IMG/VR virus record: IMGVR_UViG_2684622674_000004
Location: 1 to 64,000 of that record
Reading direction: 5' to 3' (one strand)
Length of the DNA: 64,000 nucleotides
DNA from: a virus
Taxonomy: Duplodnaviria > Caudoviricetes
This document shows positions 38,901 to 46,802 of this stretch, piece after piece. The stretch's first letter is position 1, and each line of letters opens with the position of its first letter. Below the pieces are notes generated by a model. The model was not told the DNA's origin. It did not search any database and saw nothing but the letters and a program-made list of their open reading frames with translations. The position numbers and the translations under genes are program-made.

Positions 38901-39312
38901 AGCTTATGACGTCGGCGGCTACACTGGCGACGGCGGAAAGTTCGAACCGAAAGGCGTGGTGCATGGCGGGGAGTTTGTCTTTACCAAAGAGGCCACCAAC
39001 CGAATTGGCATCGATAATCTCTACAAGATGATGCGCGGTTATGCTGATGGTGGGGTGGTTAGCAATACAGTCACTGCCGCCGCGCCAATGCTCGGCATGC
39101 AGGGCGGCGGGACGGCTATATCAGTCGATTTGAGTGGCATGACAATAACCACTCAAGGGAATCAGCAACAGGATACTGGTGCAAATAACGGCGAATTGGT
39201 TAGCAAGGCTGCGAGGAACGAAGTCATAGCTATCGTCACTCAGCAACTCGATCGCGCTATGGGACAAAGTGGACGTATCACCAATTTTGTTACTAACAGA
39301 GCGGGGCGTTAA
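35938..39312 (+). CDS. Tail tape measure protein, lambda family
   Basis: 1124 aa, Ala-rich, QLPMQFTDIATS..QQGGQIKDSFGG. Confidence 0.95.
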   Translation: MADIATISLRADTSSLEQGDKALDHFGQTAEKATKQADGLNESNTKLASSYDEAAKSLANNYKATSDYNESVERSAKSSKAATAIIEEQKAGLSALLDRINPTNKAFAELDEISKKLRAAKNSNLINSEEFEHYNSILFTTADKLNKVADALTEEGRAATAQAAADRKAAEAKEAFLAKLRDQNALFKASASDSATYRAAQLGITSEAAPMIAAIRQQEEATRRDAEQKKLASIAARGLKDSIKQLEAEERAATQATKAQEAADISAAAAKANFVQRLREQVELQGKTASEVQAYKAAQMGVTEQAAPFIARLKEQEDAWKKGTVSAGQYRMAMRQLPMQFTDIATSIAGGMPLYMIAIQQGGQIKDSFGGIGNASKALLSLITPMTVGLVGAAAVVGGLALAYYKGAAENEEFNKQLILTGNYAGRTASQLQAMAKGLSGNGLTQSALSSAMAKVVGTGSFDSSQIEMVTLAAAKMEQATGQSIDATVNNFKRLQDEPLKAAKELDDQLHYLTASEYEQISAMERSGNTIGAARVAMESYSKAMRDRADEVVNNVGYMERSWNSLRNTAAGAWDAMLDIGRDKSLDDRLTDVNARMAESQANPGRYDNNKLAAEKALLTEEKYQKDVTAARKKANQNADELEKNSLRVMDGYRDQYATREQQRTKEQQKFNQIAYRFSAEEQARIRSEIDAKYKDRATPKGRAAAAYQDDAATKALLDSQARVAALREQATVTLTMTDQEKQLAKFTQQIADLKSKTILTADQKSLLARSGEITASMQLEAQLSRENAERKKATAALKQMDDYTTTIANRNAQAQAKFGKTSKQASRVDQEFQLDNTFDKQTEGVTGAALEKLTESYNKAKAELHAGFKQEDLNEGDWLAGMTQGLEQYGETANNVFSATAQLAQNTMGSMTSMATQMMATGSANVKQFATNFMTSIVDIINRLLIAQALQAAMGWISGAASAGAGAASGAASSASSGAMGMSTSFRAYDVGGYTGDGGKFEPKGVVHGGEFVFTKEATNRIGIDNLYKMMRGYADGGVVSNTVTAAAPMLGMQGGGTAISVDLSGMTITTQGNQQQDTGANNGELVSKAARNEVIAIVTQQLDRAMGQSGRITNFVTNRAGR

Positions 39313-39314
39313 GA

Positions 39315-39656
39315 ATGGCAATTGAAACATTTCTTTGGCGAACTCAGGGCGTCCCTGAAGGTAGCTTTAACCAGCGGGTCAGAACCGCTCAGTTCGGCGA
39401 TGGCTATAAGCAAGTTGCTGGCGATGGCATGAACCCTGAAACGCAGTCATGGCCGCTGACATTTCAGGGCTTAGAAAAAGAGATGATGCCTATTCTGGCG
39501 TTTATCCGCAGACATACCACTAAGTCCTGCCAATGGACGGCACCTTATGGCGTAGTTGGCCTGTGGCGAGTCACTGCCGACTCCATCAAGGCCGTTCCGG
39601 TTGGCGGTAATGTCATGTCCGTCTCCTTCACTTTCGAGCAATCCTTTAAGCCTTAA
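39315..39656 (+). CDS. Minor tail protein M
   Basis: AQFGDGYKQ motif. Confidence 0.88.
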   Translation: MAIETFLWRTQGVPEGSFNQRVRTAQFGDGYKQVAGDGMNPETQSWPLTFQGLEKEMMPILAFIRRHTTKSCQWTAPYGVVGLWRVTADSIKAVPVGGNVMSVSFTFEQSFKP

Positions 39657-39672
39657 TATCGAGTAACCCAAT

Positions 39673-40425
39673 ATGACAATTAATACTGACTTGCAACGAC
39701 TGGAGCCGGGTAACCGCGTTCGTCTGTATGAAGTGGATGGCTCTCAATTTGATGGCCCGTTATTGCGCTTTCATGCCGACACATTACCCCACACTCCAGA
39801 GGAAATTGCGGTAGCCGATGGTGACGAAACCAAACTACCCGCTAAATCTATCTGGTGGCAGGGGGAAGAGTATTCAGCATGGCCGGTGCAGGTTGAAGGC
39901 ATTGAGATGTCCAGCGATGGGCAAAGTGCGCAGCCCAAGTTATCGGTCGCAAACCTTGATGGAACTATCACCGCGCTGTGTCTGGCCTTTGACGATATGG
40001 TGCAGGCAAAAGTCATTGTTCACGACACGTTTAAACACTATCTGGATGCTGTGAATTTTCCCGAAGGGAATCCCGAGGCTGATCCGGAACAGGAGAAACT
40101 GCAGGTTTACTATATCGACAGTAAATCGACGGAAACCAACGAGGTTGTTGAGTTTACGCTCTCTAGCCCAGCGGACTTACAGGGATTACTGATCCCTACC
40201 CGACAAATTCACTCCCTCTGTACGTGGTGTATGCGCGGTGACTATCGTTCTGGAAATGGCTGTGATTATGCTGGGACGCTGTATTTCGATGAGAAAGGCA
40301 ATCCCACAGATGACCCGAGCAAGGATAAGTGCTCTGGTCTGCTGGTTGATTGCAAAAAACGATTTGGAGCCGATAACCCATTGCCGTTTGGTGGGTTCCC
40401 CGGCGCGGCCCTGATCAAGAGGTAG
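39673..40425 (+). CDS. Minor tail protein L
   Basis: Cys cluster CTW..C..C..C, FGGFPG. Confidence 0.92.
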   Translation: MTINTDLQRLEPGNRVRLYEVDGSQFDGPLLRFHADTLPHTPEEIAVADGDETKLPAKSIWWQGEEYSAWPVQVEGIEMSSDGQSAQPKLSVANLDGTITALCLAFDDMVQAKVIVHDTFKHYLDAVNFPEGNPEADPEQEKLQVYYIDSKSTETNEVVEFTLSSPADLQGLLIPTRQIHSLCTWCMRGDYRSGNGCDYAGTLYFDEKGNPTDDPSKDKCSGLLVDCKKRFGADNPLPFGGFPGAALIKR

Positions 40426-40427
40426 AG

Positions 40428-41132
40428 ATGAGAGATAAAACGCTTAAAGCGATATTGGCTCATGCCGAGGCTGAATACCCCAAAGAGTGCTGTGGTGTTG
40501 TGGCGCAGAAGTCGCGAGTGGAAAAATATTTCCCGTGCAATAACTTGGCTACAAACCCGACTGAACAGTTTCACCTCGATCCCGCTGGCTATGTGGTGGC
40601 CGAAGATTGGGGGATCATCACTGCAATCGTACACAGCCACCCCGACGCAACCACTCAGCCATCCGAATTGGACATGGCCCAATGTGATAATAACGAGCTG
40701 CCTTGGCACATTGTAAGCTGGCCCGAGGGTGATTTACGGACTATCCAGCCGCGGGGTGACGTGCCGCTAATCGGCCGCCAGTTCGTATTGGGGCATACCG
40801 ATTGCTGGGGCTTGATAATGTCCTACTTCAAGCAAACGCATGGCATTGAGTTGAACGACTATCGCGTTGATCGGCATTGGTGGGAGTCTGGTGCGGAAAA
40901 TTTCTATATGGATAACTGGTATGAATGCGGCTTTCGTGAGTTCAGTGGCCCAGCACAACCAGGCGACCTGATTATCATGCAAGTATCTGCCCCAGTCGCT
41001 AACCATGGGGGTATTTTGCTGGAAGATGGCATGCTACTTCACCATCCATACGGGCAACTTAGCCAGCGCGTGCCTTATGGTGGTTATTGGCAAGAAAGGA
41101 CCATGAAGGTGGTTCGTTACAACGGCCTGTAA
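40428..41132 (+). CDS. Tail assembly protein K (JAB + NlpC/P60)
   Basis: HSHPD, DCWGL, NHGGI. Confidence 0.92.
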   Translation: MRDKTLKAILAHAEAEYPKECCGVVAQKSRVEKYFPCNNLATNPTEQFHLDPAGYVVAEDWGIITAIVHSHPDATTQPSELDMAQCDNNELPWHIVSWPEGDLRTIQPRGDVPLIGRQFVLGHTDCWGLIMSYFKQTHGIELNDYRVDRHWWESGAENFYMDNWYECGFREFSGPAQPGDLIIMQVSAPVANHGGILLEDGMLLHHPYGQLSQRVPYGGYWQERTMKVVRYNGL

Positions 41133-41294
41133 TTTAAGTCCGCCTACTTGGTGTTTATATTTAGATGGAAGAATAAATGAAAATAGAAAGCATCGTTTTT
41201 TTAAACGACCACATGACCCTTGACTGTGATCGTGAAGAAGATGTGTTCTGGCTCCAAATATCTGCATCGTTGGGCTGGATTTGCTTTACCCGGA

Positions 41295-41792
41295 TCAGGA
41301 GTGGTGAATCAACGTTTGTAGCCACTGAATTACGTTTGGCGTCTGATTCAACCCCTTGCTTACCAATTCAAGGGCGATGTGTTTTGTGGTCTCGTAAGGC
41401 AGCTCTCGAAGCTGAGACAAAAATTTCTTCTTATCGGGAGAGTCTGGAGCATTTTGGTTAATAAAATCTGCTATTTGTTGGAACGCTTCGTTGTGAAACC
41501 TGACGGTCGTTACCTTCAAAATGGCGCTAAGTCCTTCATCACCTAAAAGAAAATCAACACCATCCTTTGTTGCCTTGAGGGAGTTTAGAAGTAGATTTAA
41601 ATCATAATGTATCTCACCGTATCTGGTTTCCAGAAGCCCATGCTCGAACAAGTAATGGATGTTGGCAATACTGGATTCTGCATCAGTAAAAATACCTTTA
41701 TCCTTAAAATTACAGGCTTCTGTTGGTAGCGGATAGGACTTAACGGCCTCCTGAAGAATAATAAGCTGTATTTCCCTGCTGAATTTGTTCAC
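41295..41792 (-). CDS. Hypothetical moron protein
   Basis: 165 aa, AT-rich; YLFEHGLL, ATKDGVDFL..GLSAIL. Confidence 0.65.
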   Translation of the reverse strand: MNKFSREIQLIILQEAVKSYPLPTEACNFKDKGIFTDAESSIANIHYLFEHGLLETRYGEIHYDLNLLLNSLKATKDGVDFLLGDEGLSAILKVTTVRFHNEAFQQIADFINQNAPDSPDKKKFLSQLRELPYETTKHIALELVSKGLNQTPNVIQWLQTLIHHS

Positions 41793-41897
41793 TGGTTTTT
41801 CCGGTTATCTAATTAACCATTCAAGATAAGTGCAAATCATTTTTACCGATATCCTGACATTTGATCAGTGATCTGGCGCATCCGTGCGCCGGTGGGG

Positions 41898-42575
41898 TTA
41901 TTTTATTTTTATCTTATATAAAGGCACTTCAAGATAAACTGCCTTTATCAAGGTAACCTTACCTGTATCAATATCGTCTTGATGTAAGTGCATCATTGGA
42001 TATCTGATATCAATTGCTGAAAGAGATACGCTTCCTATCCCTTTATCCATAAACACCTGTTTGAATGTCGAAAAGCCATTATCGAGTAGGGCAATCACAA
42101 AATCTTGGTTATTCACCTTTTGTTGGGGATCAAAAGTTACTATCGATCCCTCAGGGAAGCTAATTCCTGTGTTTGTGCTTTTCGCCATTGAATCACCCTG
42201 TATCTCTATGGCAAAGGCAAAATCGCTGACACCTATTTTACACGGATGTAGTTTATGAGTTTTAAGTTCCCATTTACTAAGCCAGCGAGGAACCATTGCT
42301 GGGTCAATCAATGGTATTTGCTTCAAATTTACAGCAGGGATATACGTCCCAAGGTTTGGTGGCTCGCCTTTTCCAGAGGCTAGCCATTCAGGTGATGTAC
42401 CTAATGCAATAGCCAATTTATTCAGGGTTTTTTCTCTAGGCTTAGCCTCACCACCTTCATATGCGGCAATTTGTCGTTGTACAACACCGGCAAGGCTTGC
42501 AAGCTCAGATTGTGTTAACCCAATGGTTGATCTTGCTGTGGCAACACGCTTAGGGAAGAACGAATCAAAACTCAT
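41898..42575 (-). CDS. Second XRE-HTH + S24-domain repressor
   Basis: LTQSELASLAGVVQRQIAAYEGG; GDSM and TFK; no Ala-Gly in the usual place. Confidence 0.85.
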   Translation of the reverse strand: MSFDSFFPKRVATARSTIGLTQSELASLAGVVQRQIAAYEGGEAKPREKTLNKLAIALGTSPEWLASGKGEPPNLGTYIPAVNLKQIPLIDPAMVPRWLSKWELKTHKLHPCKIGVSDFAFAIEIQGDSMAKSTNTGISFPEGSIVTFDPQQKVNNQDFVIALLDNGFSTFKQVFMDKGIGSVSLSAIDIRYPMMHLHQDDIDTGKVTLIKAVYLEVPLYKIKIK

Positions 42576-42647
42576 AAACTCATTATCCAAAATAACTTGA
42601 CTCATAAAACACAATGACCAATACTTGCGAACATTGATATGAGTTTT
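42567..42647. promoter_or_regulatory. Divergent control region with ACTCAT repeats
   Basis: TTGACT-17-AATACT; AAAACTCATA/TATGAGTTTT inverted pair plus two further ACTCAT. Confidence 0.6.
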
Positions 42648-42674
42648 CATGTGTTAAATAGAGAGGAGTTCATA

Positions 42675-42848
42675 ATGTCCGAAAATGTTTCATCTATCAA
42701 GCCGCGTCAAGTGCGTTTTGTTGAAGAGGTAGACCAACGCATTCAAGAGTCAGCGAAGCGTTGTCATAGAAGCATTCAGTCAGAAATTGCTTACCGGATG
42801 GAATTACTTATGAAGTTAGAGGATCGCGGTGATGTTGTTATCCAGTAG
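42675..42848 (+). CDS. Arc-like ribbon-helix-helix protein
   Basis: QVRF..EV..RIQESAKRCHRSIQSEI; GAGGAG RBS. Confidence 0.75.
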   Translation: MSENVSSIKPRQVRFVEEVDQRIQESAKRCHRSIQSEIAYRMELLMKLEDRGDVVIQ

Positions 42849-42849
42849 A

Positions 42850-42936
42850 AATGGCGAAGCCTCGAAGTGCGCGAACACAAACGAGGCTTCTATTTTGTCA
42901 GCAACCTTAAGCGAGTAAACCGACATGAAAAGTATA
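42850..42936 (-). ncRNA. sar-like antisense RNA over the antirepressor leader
   Basis: Hairpin GAAGCCTCG..CGAGGCTTC between arc and ant; minus-strand TATACT within the first ant codons, as in P22. Confidence 0.55.
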
Positions 42937-43494
42937 GCGAAAGTAAAAAGTAATTTCACCTCATTCAAGTTTGATGGTCAAGACGTTCGCGTAATAACAA
43001 AGGATGGCGAACCATGGTTTTTGGCCTCTGACCTTTGTGATGTTTTACATCTAGACACCACTTCAATTCGCAAACTAGATGATGATGAAAAGGGTCTGCA
43101 TTCAATACAGACCCTTGGCGGGGCGCAGAAGGTGGCTGTTCTTTCTGAGTCTGGGATGTGGACATTGGTCCTTCGTTGCCGAGATGCAGTTAGGCCCGGC
43201 ACGATCCCATATCGCGTTCGCAAGTGGGTCACCTCTGAGGTTTTGCCTTCCATTCGAAAAACTGGCGAGTATAAAAACAGTAAATCTTCAAGTGTGGTGT
43301 TGACCGAAAAAGAGTGCCGCTACCGTGTCCGCGTTATCATCTATGACGACTTAATGGGCGGGTGCGCTGAGATGTTTGGTAAGGGGGAAACGATGCGTGA
43401 TATCGCATACGGAGTAGCTAACGATTTGGGGTACAGACCGAATACCTTCACCACTATCCCAATGAATAGGGAAAAGTTGAAGAGGGTATTTTGA
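42925..43494 (+). CDS. Bro-N domain antirepressor-like protein
   Basis: GEPWFLASDLC, LDDDEKG, WVTSEVLPSIRKTGEY. Confidence 0.88.
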   Translation: MKSIAKVKSNFTSFKFDGQDVRVITKDGEPWFLASDLCDVLHLDTTSIRKLDDDEKGLHSIQTLGGAQKVAVLSESGMWTLVLRCRDAVRPGTIPYRVRKWVTSEVLPSIRKTGEYKNSKSSSVVLTEKECRYRVRVIIYDDLMGGCAEMFGKGETMRDIAYGVANDLGYRPNTFTTIPMNREKLKRVF

Positions 43495-43572
43495 TAGGCG
43501 CATGGGATGGCGCAAAAGAAAAACCGCCAGTTAGCGCTGGCGGTCATGTCAAATCAAACTGCGAGGTCTTTA

Positions 43573-44349
43573 ATGACTGATTTAACTTTAGCAAATAAAT
43601 CTCTGCCTGTCATCGCTGGTGTTGAGATTAACACTGATACAGAGGGGCGCTTTAACCTGAACTCGTTACACAAGGCCAGTGGTAAGGGTGAAGATAAATC
43701 ACCTAGCCAATGGATGCGTCGGGCTACCACTAAAGCACTGGTTAATGAGCTAAGTGTAAATTCGCACTTAGGTTATGAAGTAATCAAATCAGTGAAAGGT
43801 GGCGTTGCTCCTGGCACCTTCGCCCACGAACTTCTTGCTGTCGAATATGCTGGGTGGATTTCACCATCATATCGCCTGAAGGTTAACCAGACTTTCCTCG
43901 ACTACAAAGCCGGAAAGCTGAAACCAGCATTCGACCCGATGGCCGCATTAAATGACCCTGAGTTTTTGCGCGGCACATTGCTGACCTACAGTGAAAAGGT
44001 GATCGCCCTTGAACATAAGGTTGAAGAAATGACACCGGATGTTGAAGCTCTAGAGAGAATTGCTAAGTCAGATGGCACTATGTGCATCACTAATGCCGCG
44101 AAACATTTGCAGGTTCAGCCAAAGTTTCTTTTCAAGCTGATGTCAGAGAATCATTGGATTTACCGCCGTACTGGTGGGAGAACGTGGTTGGCATATCAAG
44201 AACGCATTCAGCAAGGAGTGTTAGAGCACAAGGTGACCACCGTATCGAGGGGAGATGGTAGTGAAAAGGTGGTAGAACAGGTTCTTGTTACCGCTAAAGG
44301 ACTTACCAAACTTTCAAAAATGCTTGGCATCAATGGTGTGGCAGCTTAA
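43573..44349 (+). CDS. KilA-N + KilAC (ANT) antirepressor
   Basis: GRFNLNSLHKAS, YAGWISP; CITNAAKHL...VTAKGL. Confidence 0.88.
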   Translation: MTDLTLANKSLPVIAGVEINTDTEGRFNLNSLHKASGKGEDKSPSQWMRRATTKALVNELSVNSHLGYEVIKSVKGGVAPGTFAHELLAVEYAGWISPSYRLKVNQTFLDYKAGKLKPAFDPMAALNDPEFLRGTLLTYSEKVIALEHKVEEMTPDVEALERIAKSDGTMCITNAAKHLQVQPKFLFKLMSENHWIYRRTGGRTWLAYQERIQQGVLEHKVTTVSRGDGSEKVVEQVLVTAKGLTKLSKMLGINGVAA

Positions 44350-44505
44350 ATAGCACGAAAAGAATTTAATGAGTAACTAAAACCCAACCCACTTAACTGT
44401 GGGTTTTTGCGTTGTTTTGCACCATACCCCTGCTATCATGTAACGAACTGTTATGGCTGGGGTGGGAATGGCTCCGGTCAGGATGATGGCGGAGGTGGAG
44501 GAGAT

Positions 44506-44727
44506 ATGCATATACGTGTCGCCAAACTTGAATCAGATGTAGAGCATATAAAAAAATCATTAGATGAGGTTAAGTCTGATGTCCGCGAGATTAAGCGTGA
44601 TATTAGGTCTGAGTTTAATGAAGTCAAATGCGACTCAAAAACTGATTTTAGATTACTTTTTGGTGCGATAATAGCTGTAGCCCTTGGTTTGTCAGGGTTA
44701 ATGGCTAAAGGTTTTCACTGGCTTTGA
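44506..44727 (+). CDS. Coiled-coil protein with C-terminal TM (DUF1640/XhlA-like)
   Basis: RVAKLESDVEHIK...DFRLLFGAII..GFHWL; GGAGG RBS. Confidence 0.65.
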   Translation: MHIRVAKLESDVEHIKKSLDEVKSDVREIKRDIRSEFNEVKCDSKTDFRLLFGAIIAVALGLSGLMAKGFHWL

Positions 44728-44740
44728 TGGGGATAGGGAT

Positions 44741-45046
44741 ATGAAGGTTACTAGAGCAGGATTACTTGCAATGTTATTTTCGGCTACTCTAATTTCGTTT
44801 TCTTCTCGGGCTGAAGATAAAAATGAATCAGCAGAGAAAGTTATAATTTCCCTTGAAACTTCACTTTGTGCAGAGCATTCAGATCGCGCCCAGTGCAATA
44901 GGGATATTGCCTTTTTAGTTGGTATGGCATCTTCTACTGGGTATTTTACTAGCATCTGCGAGAGTACAGGGCGAATTAGCGACGCTTGTACAGAGGCTAA
45001 GGAAGCATATAAAACAATGCAAAGTGACTTTGATAAGGTTAAATAA
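44741..45046 (+). CDS. Exported Cys-containing protein (moron)
   Basis: Signal peptide ending SRA; four Cys. Confidence 0.6.
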   Translation: MKVTRAGLLAMLFSATLISFSSRAEDKNESAEKVIISLETSLCAEHSDRAQCNRDIAFLVGMASSTGYFTSICESTGRISDACTEAKEAYKTMQSDFDKVK

Positions 45047-45408
45047 TGAAGCGAATTATTATTGGCTTGGCGGTTTTGGTTCTGACTGGGTGCGGTATGT
45101 CTCCTAGCGAGATAAAGAGTCAACCGACAGCAAAGTTTGAAAGCAACAAGTCTGTCACTGATATAACGACCTGCCTCATTCCTCGGCTAGATGAGAGAAC
45201 GTTTAATGGTGGGAGGATTAATACTGTATCTAAGCCTATTGAGCATGGTGTGTCACTATCGCCGATCGCAGCTAATATCGAATTTATTGATATAACAAAT
45301 ACCGGCGCTAAAACGCAGGTTATTTATTACGGTGCTGGAACAGGTAGTGCTCTTAGGCCAAAGGCACGAATAAACGAAACTGTGGAAGATATTAATAGTT
45401 GCATATAG
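45046..45408 (+). CDS. Lipoprotein (moron)
   Basis: MKRIIIGLAVLVLTGC lipobox; terminator 45428-45452. Confidence 0.75.
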   Translation: MKRIIIGLAVLVLTGCGMSPSEIKSQPTAKFESNKSVTDITTCLIPRLDERTFNGGRINTVSKPIEHGVSLSPIAANIEFIDITNTGAKTQVIYYGAGTGSALRPKARINETVEDINSCI

Positions 45409-45469
45409 TCCATCAAGCGAATTAACCCAGCCCGCCAAGTGCGGGTTTTTTATTATCTGGAGATAGTTA

Positions 45470-46096
45470 ATGACCGTATTTTCACAAGAAGTAATGACGC
45501 CAATTAAGTTAAGTGGTTCCCTTGCTGCGATGTTTGGGCGTAACCATCAACGATTAGTGAGTAGTTCAGGTGAAGTTTTTAAAGCGCTTTGTGTAACGAT
45601 ACCCGGATTTGAGCAGTATTTAGCTACAGCAAAGCAAAGAGGGTTAACGTTCGCCATTTTTAAAGGTAAGCGCAATATTGGTAAAGATGAATTGGAGCTT
45701 GCCAGCGGCGGCCAAGAAATTCGTATTGTGCCTGTAATTATCGGCAGTAAGCGCGGTGGATTATTTCAAACAATATTAGGTATTGCTTTGATTGGTGCAG
45801 CTATGGCCTTTGCCCCTGCTGGGGTTGGGGCTTTAGGGGTGTTTAGTGCAGGGGGAGTTACCGGTTTTACAGCAATGATGGGCGCATCCATGGCCCTAGG
45901 TGGCGTAATCCAAATGCTCTCCCCGCAGCAGAGTGGGTTAGCTATGAGGCAATCACCGGACAACAAGCCAAGCTATGCATTCGGCGGCCCAGTTAACTCT
46001 ACAGCTCAGGGTAACCCTGTGGGCGTACTCTACGGCAAGCGTCGAATTGGCGGGGCGGTTATCTCGGCGGGTATTTATGCTGAAGATCAAATGTAA
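45470..46096 (+). CDS. Tail assembly protein I
   Basis: IRIVPVIIGSKRGG, AQGNPVGVLYG. Confidence 0.92.
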   Translation: MTVFSQEVMTPIKLSGSLAAMFGRNHQRLVSSSGEVFKALCVTIPGFEQYLATAKQRGLTFAIFKGKRNIGKDELELASGGQEIRIVPVIIGSKRGGLFQTILGIALIGAAMAFAPAGVGALGVFSAGGVTGFTAMMGASMALGGVIQMLSPQQSGLAMRQSPDNKPSYAFGGPVNSTAQGNPVGVLYGKRRIGGAVISAGIYAEDQM

Positions 46097-46137
46097 GAGC
46101 GGTTATTTTAATTAACGCCGAAAGGCAGGAGTGATTT

Positions 46138-46392
46138 ATGACTTTAGAACAGCGTTTAGCAGCAGTAGAAGCAGAATTGGAAAAAATGAAAGCTCAGCAG
46201 AAAGGTCGTAAAGATATCGCGGAGCTGGTGAAGAAAACCATCACGGAGGCTATTAAAAAAGAGCATCGTCCTGGTGGGTTACTTTATCGGTCTGAGCGTC
46301 GAGAAAATGCGGCCATGTCTCAGGCCGCAGTATTTAAAGTAGGTTGTGGGGATACACTAATTAGCTCAGCACAGATTAGTGCTTCTCAGTAG
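46138..46392 (+). CDS. Hypothetical protein
   Basis: AGGAG RBS; MTLEQRLAAVE...RPGGLL. Confidence 0.5.
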   Translation: MTLEQRLAAVEAELEKMKAQQKGRKDIAELVKKTITEAIKKEHRPGGLLYRSERRENAAMSQAAVFKVGCGDTLISSAQISASQ

Positions 46393-46630
46393 GGATAACT
46401 TCTACAGAGTTGAGTATTTTAAGTAGCGCTGTCTGAGCATGTTTATGTGCCGCAGACAATTCACCAGTACTACTTGTTGATTTTACAAATTTAACAATGG
46501 CATCTTTGTTACCAGTAGACACGACAAATGCACTAAAAGTCTGTGCCAGAAGCTCAGTGAGCGCATAATTCTTGCGAGCCGAGTCATCCATTATCGCCAG
46601 AATTTCATCAAGCTTTAGTTGCTTTTCCAT
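46376..46630 (-). CDS. Hypothetical moron protein
   Basis: AAGGA RBS before MEKQLKL; structured leader 46650-46710. Confidence 0.5.
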   Translation of the reverse strand: MEKQLKLDEILAIMDDSARKNYALTELLAQTFSAFVVSTGNKDAIVKFVKSTSSTGELSAAHKHAQTALLKILNSVEVIPTEKH

Positions 46631-46802
46631 TTTTATCCTTATCCCAGAGTAAATCAGCCATTCCTCCGATAGATAACACTCAAGCCGCGCATGGCTAGAG
46701 TGGGCTGACCTTACACAATAGAAGATCAGCCAGTAATCGCCATTGAGTTGATCAATAAACACGCTAATGCCCACACTTAGTGGGCTTTTTTATGGGTGAA
46801 AT

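Noticed and set aside
41177-41461. Plus-strand 94-aa ORF after tail gene K
   Set aside because: It overlaps the better-supported minus-strand 165-aa ORF by ~170 bp and has no recognisable motif; left uncalled.
42576-42674. LexA box controlling the antirepressor operon
   Set aside because: No CTGT-N8-ACAG match seen in the control region.
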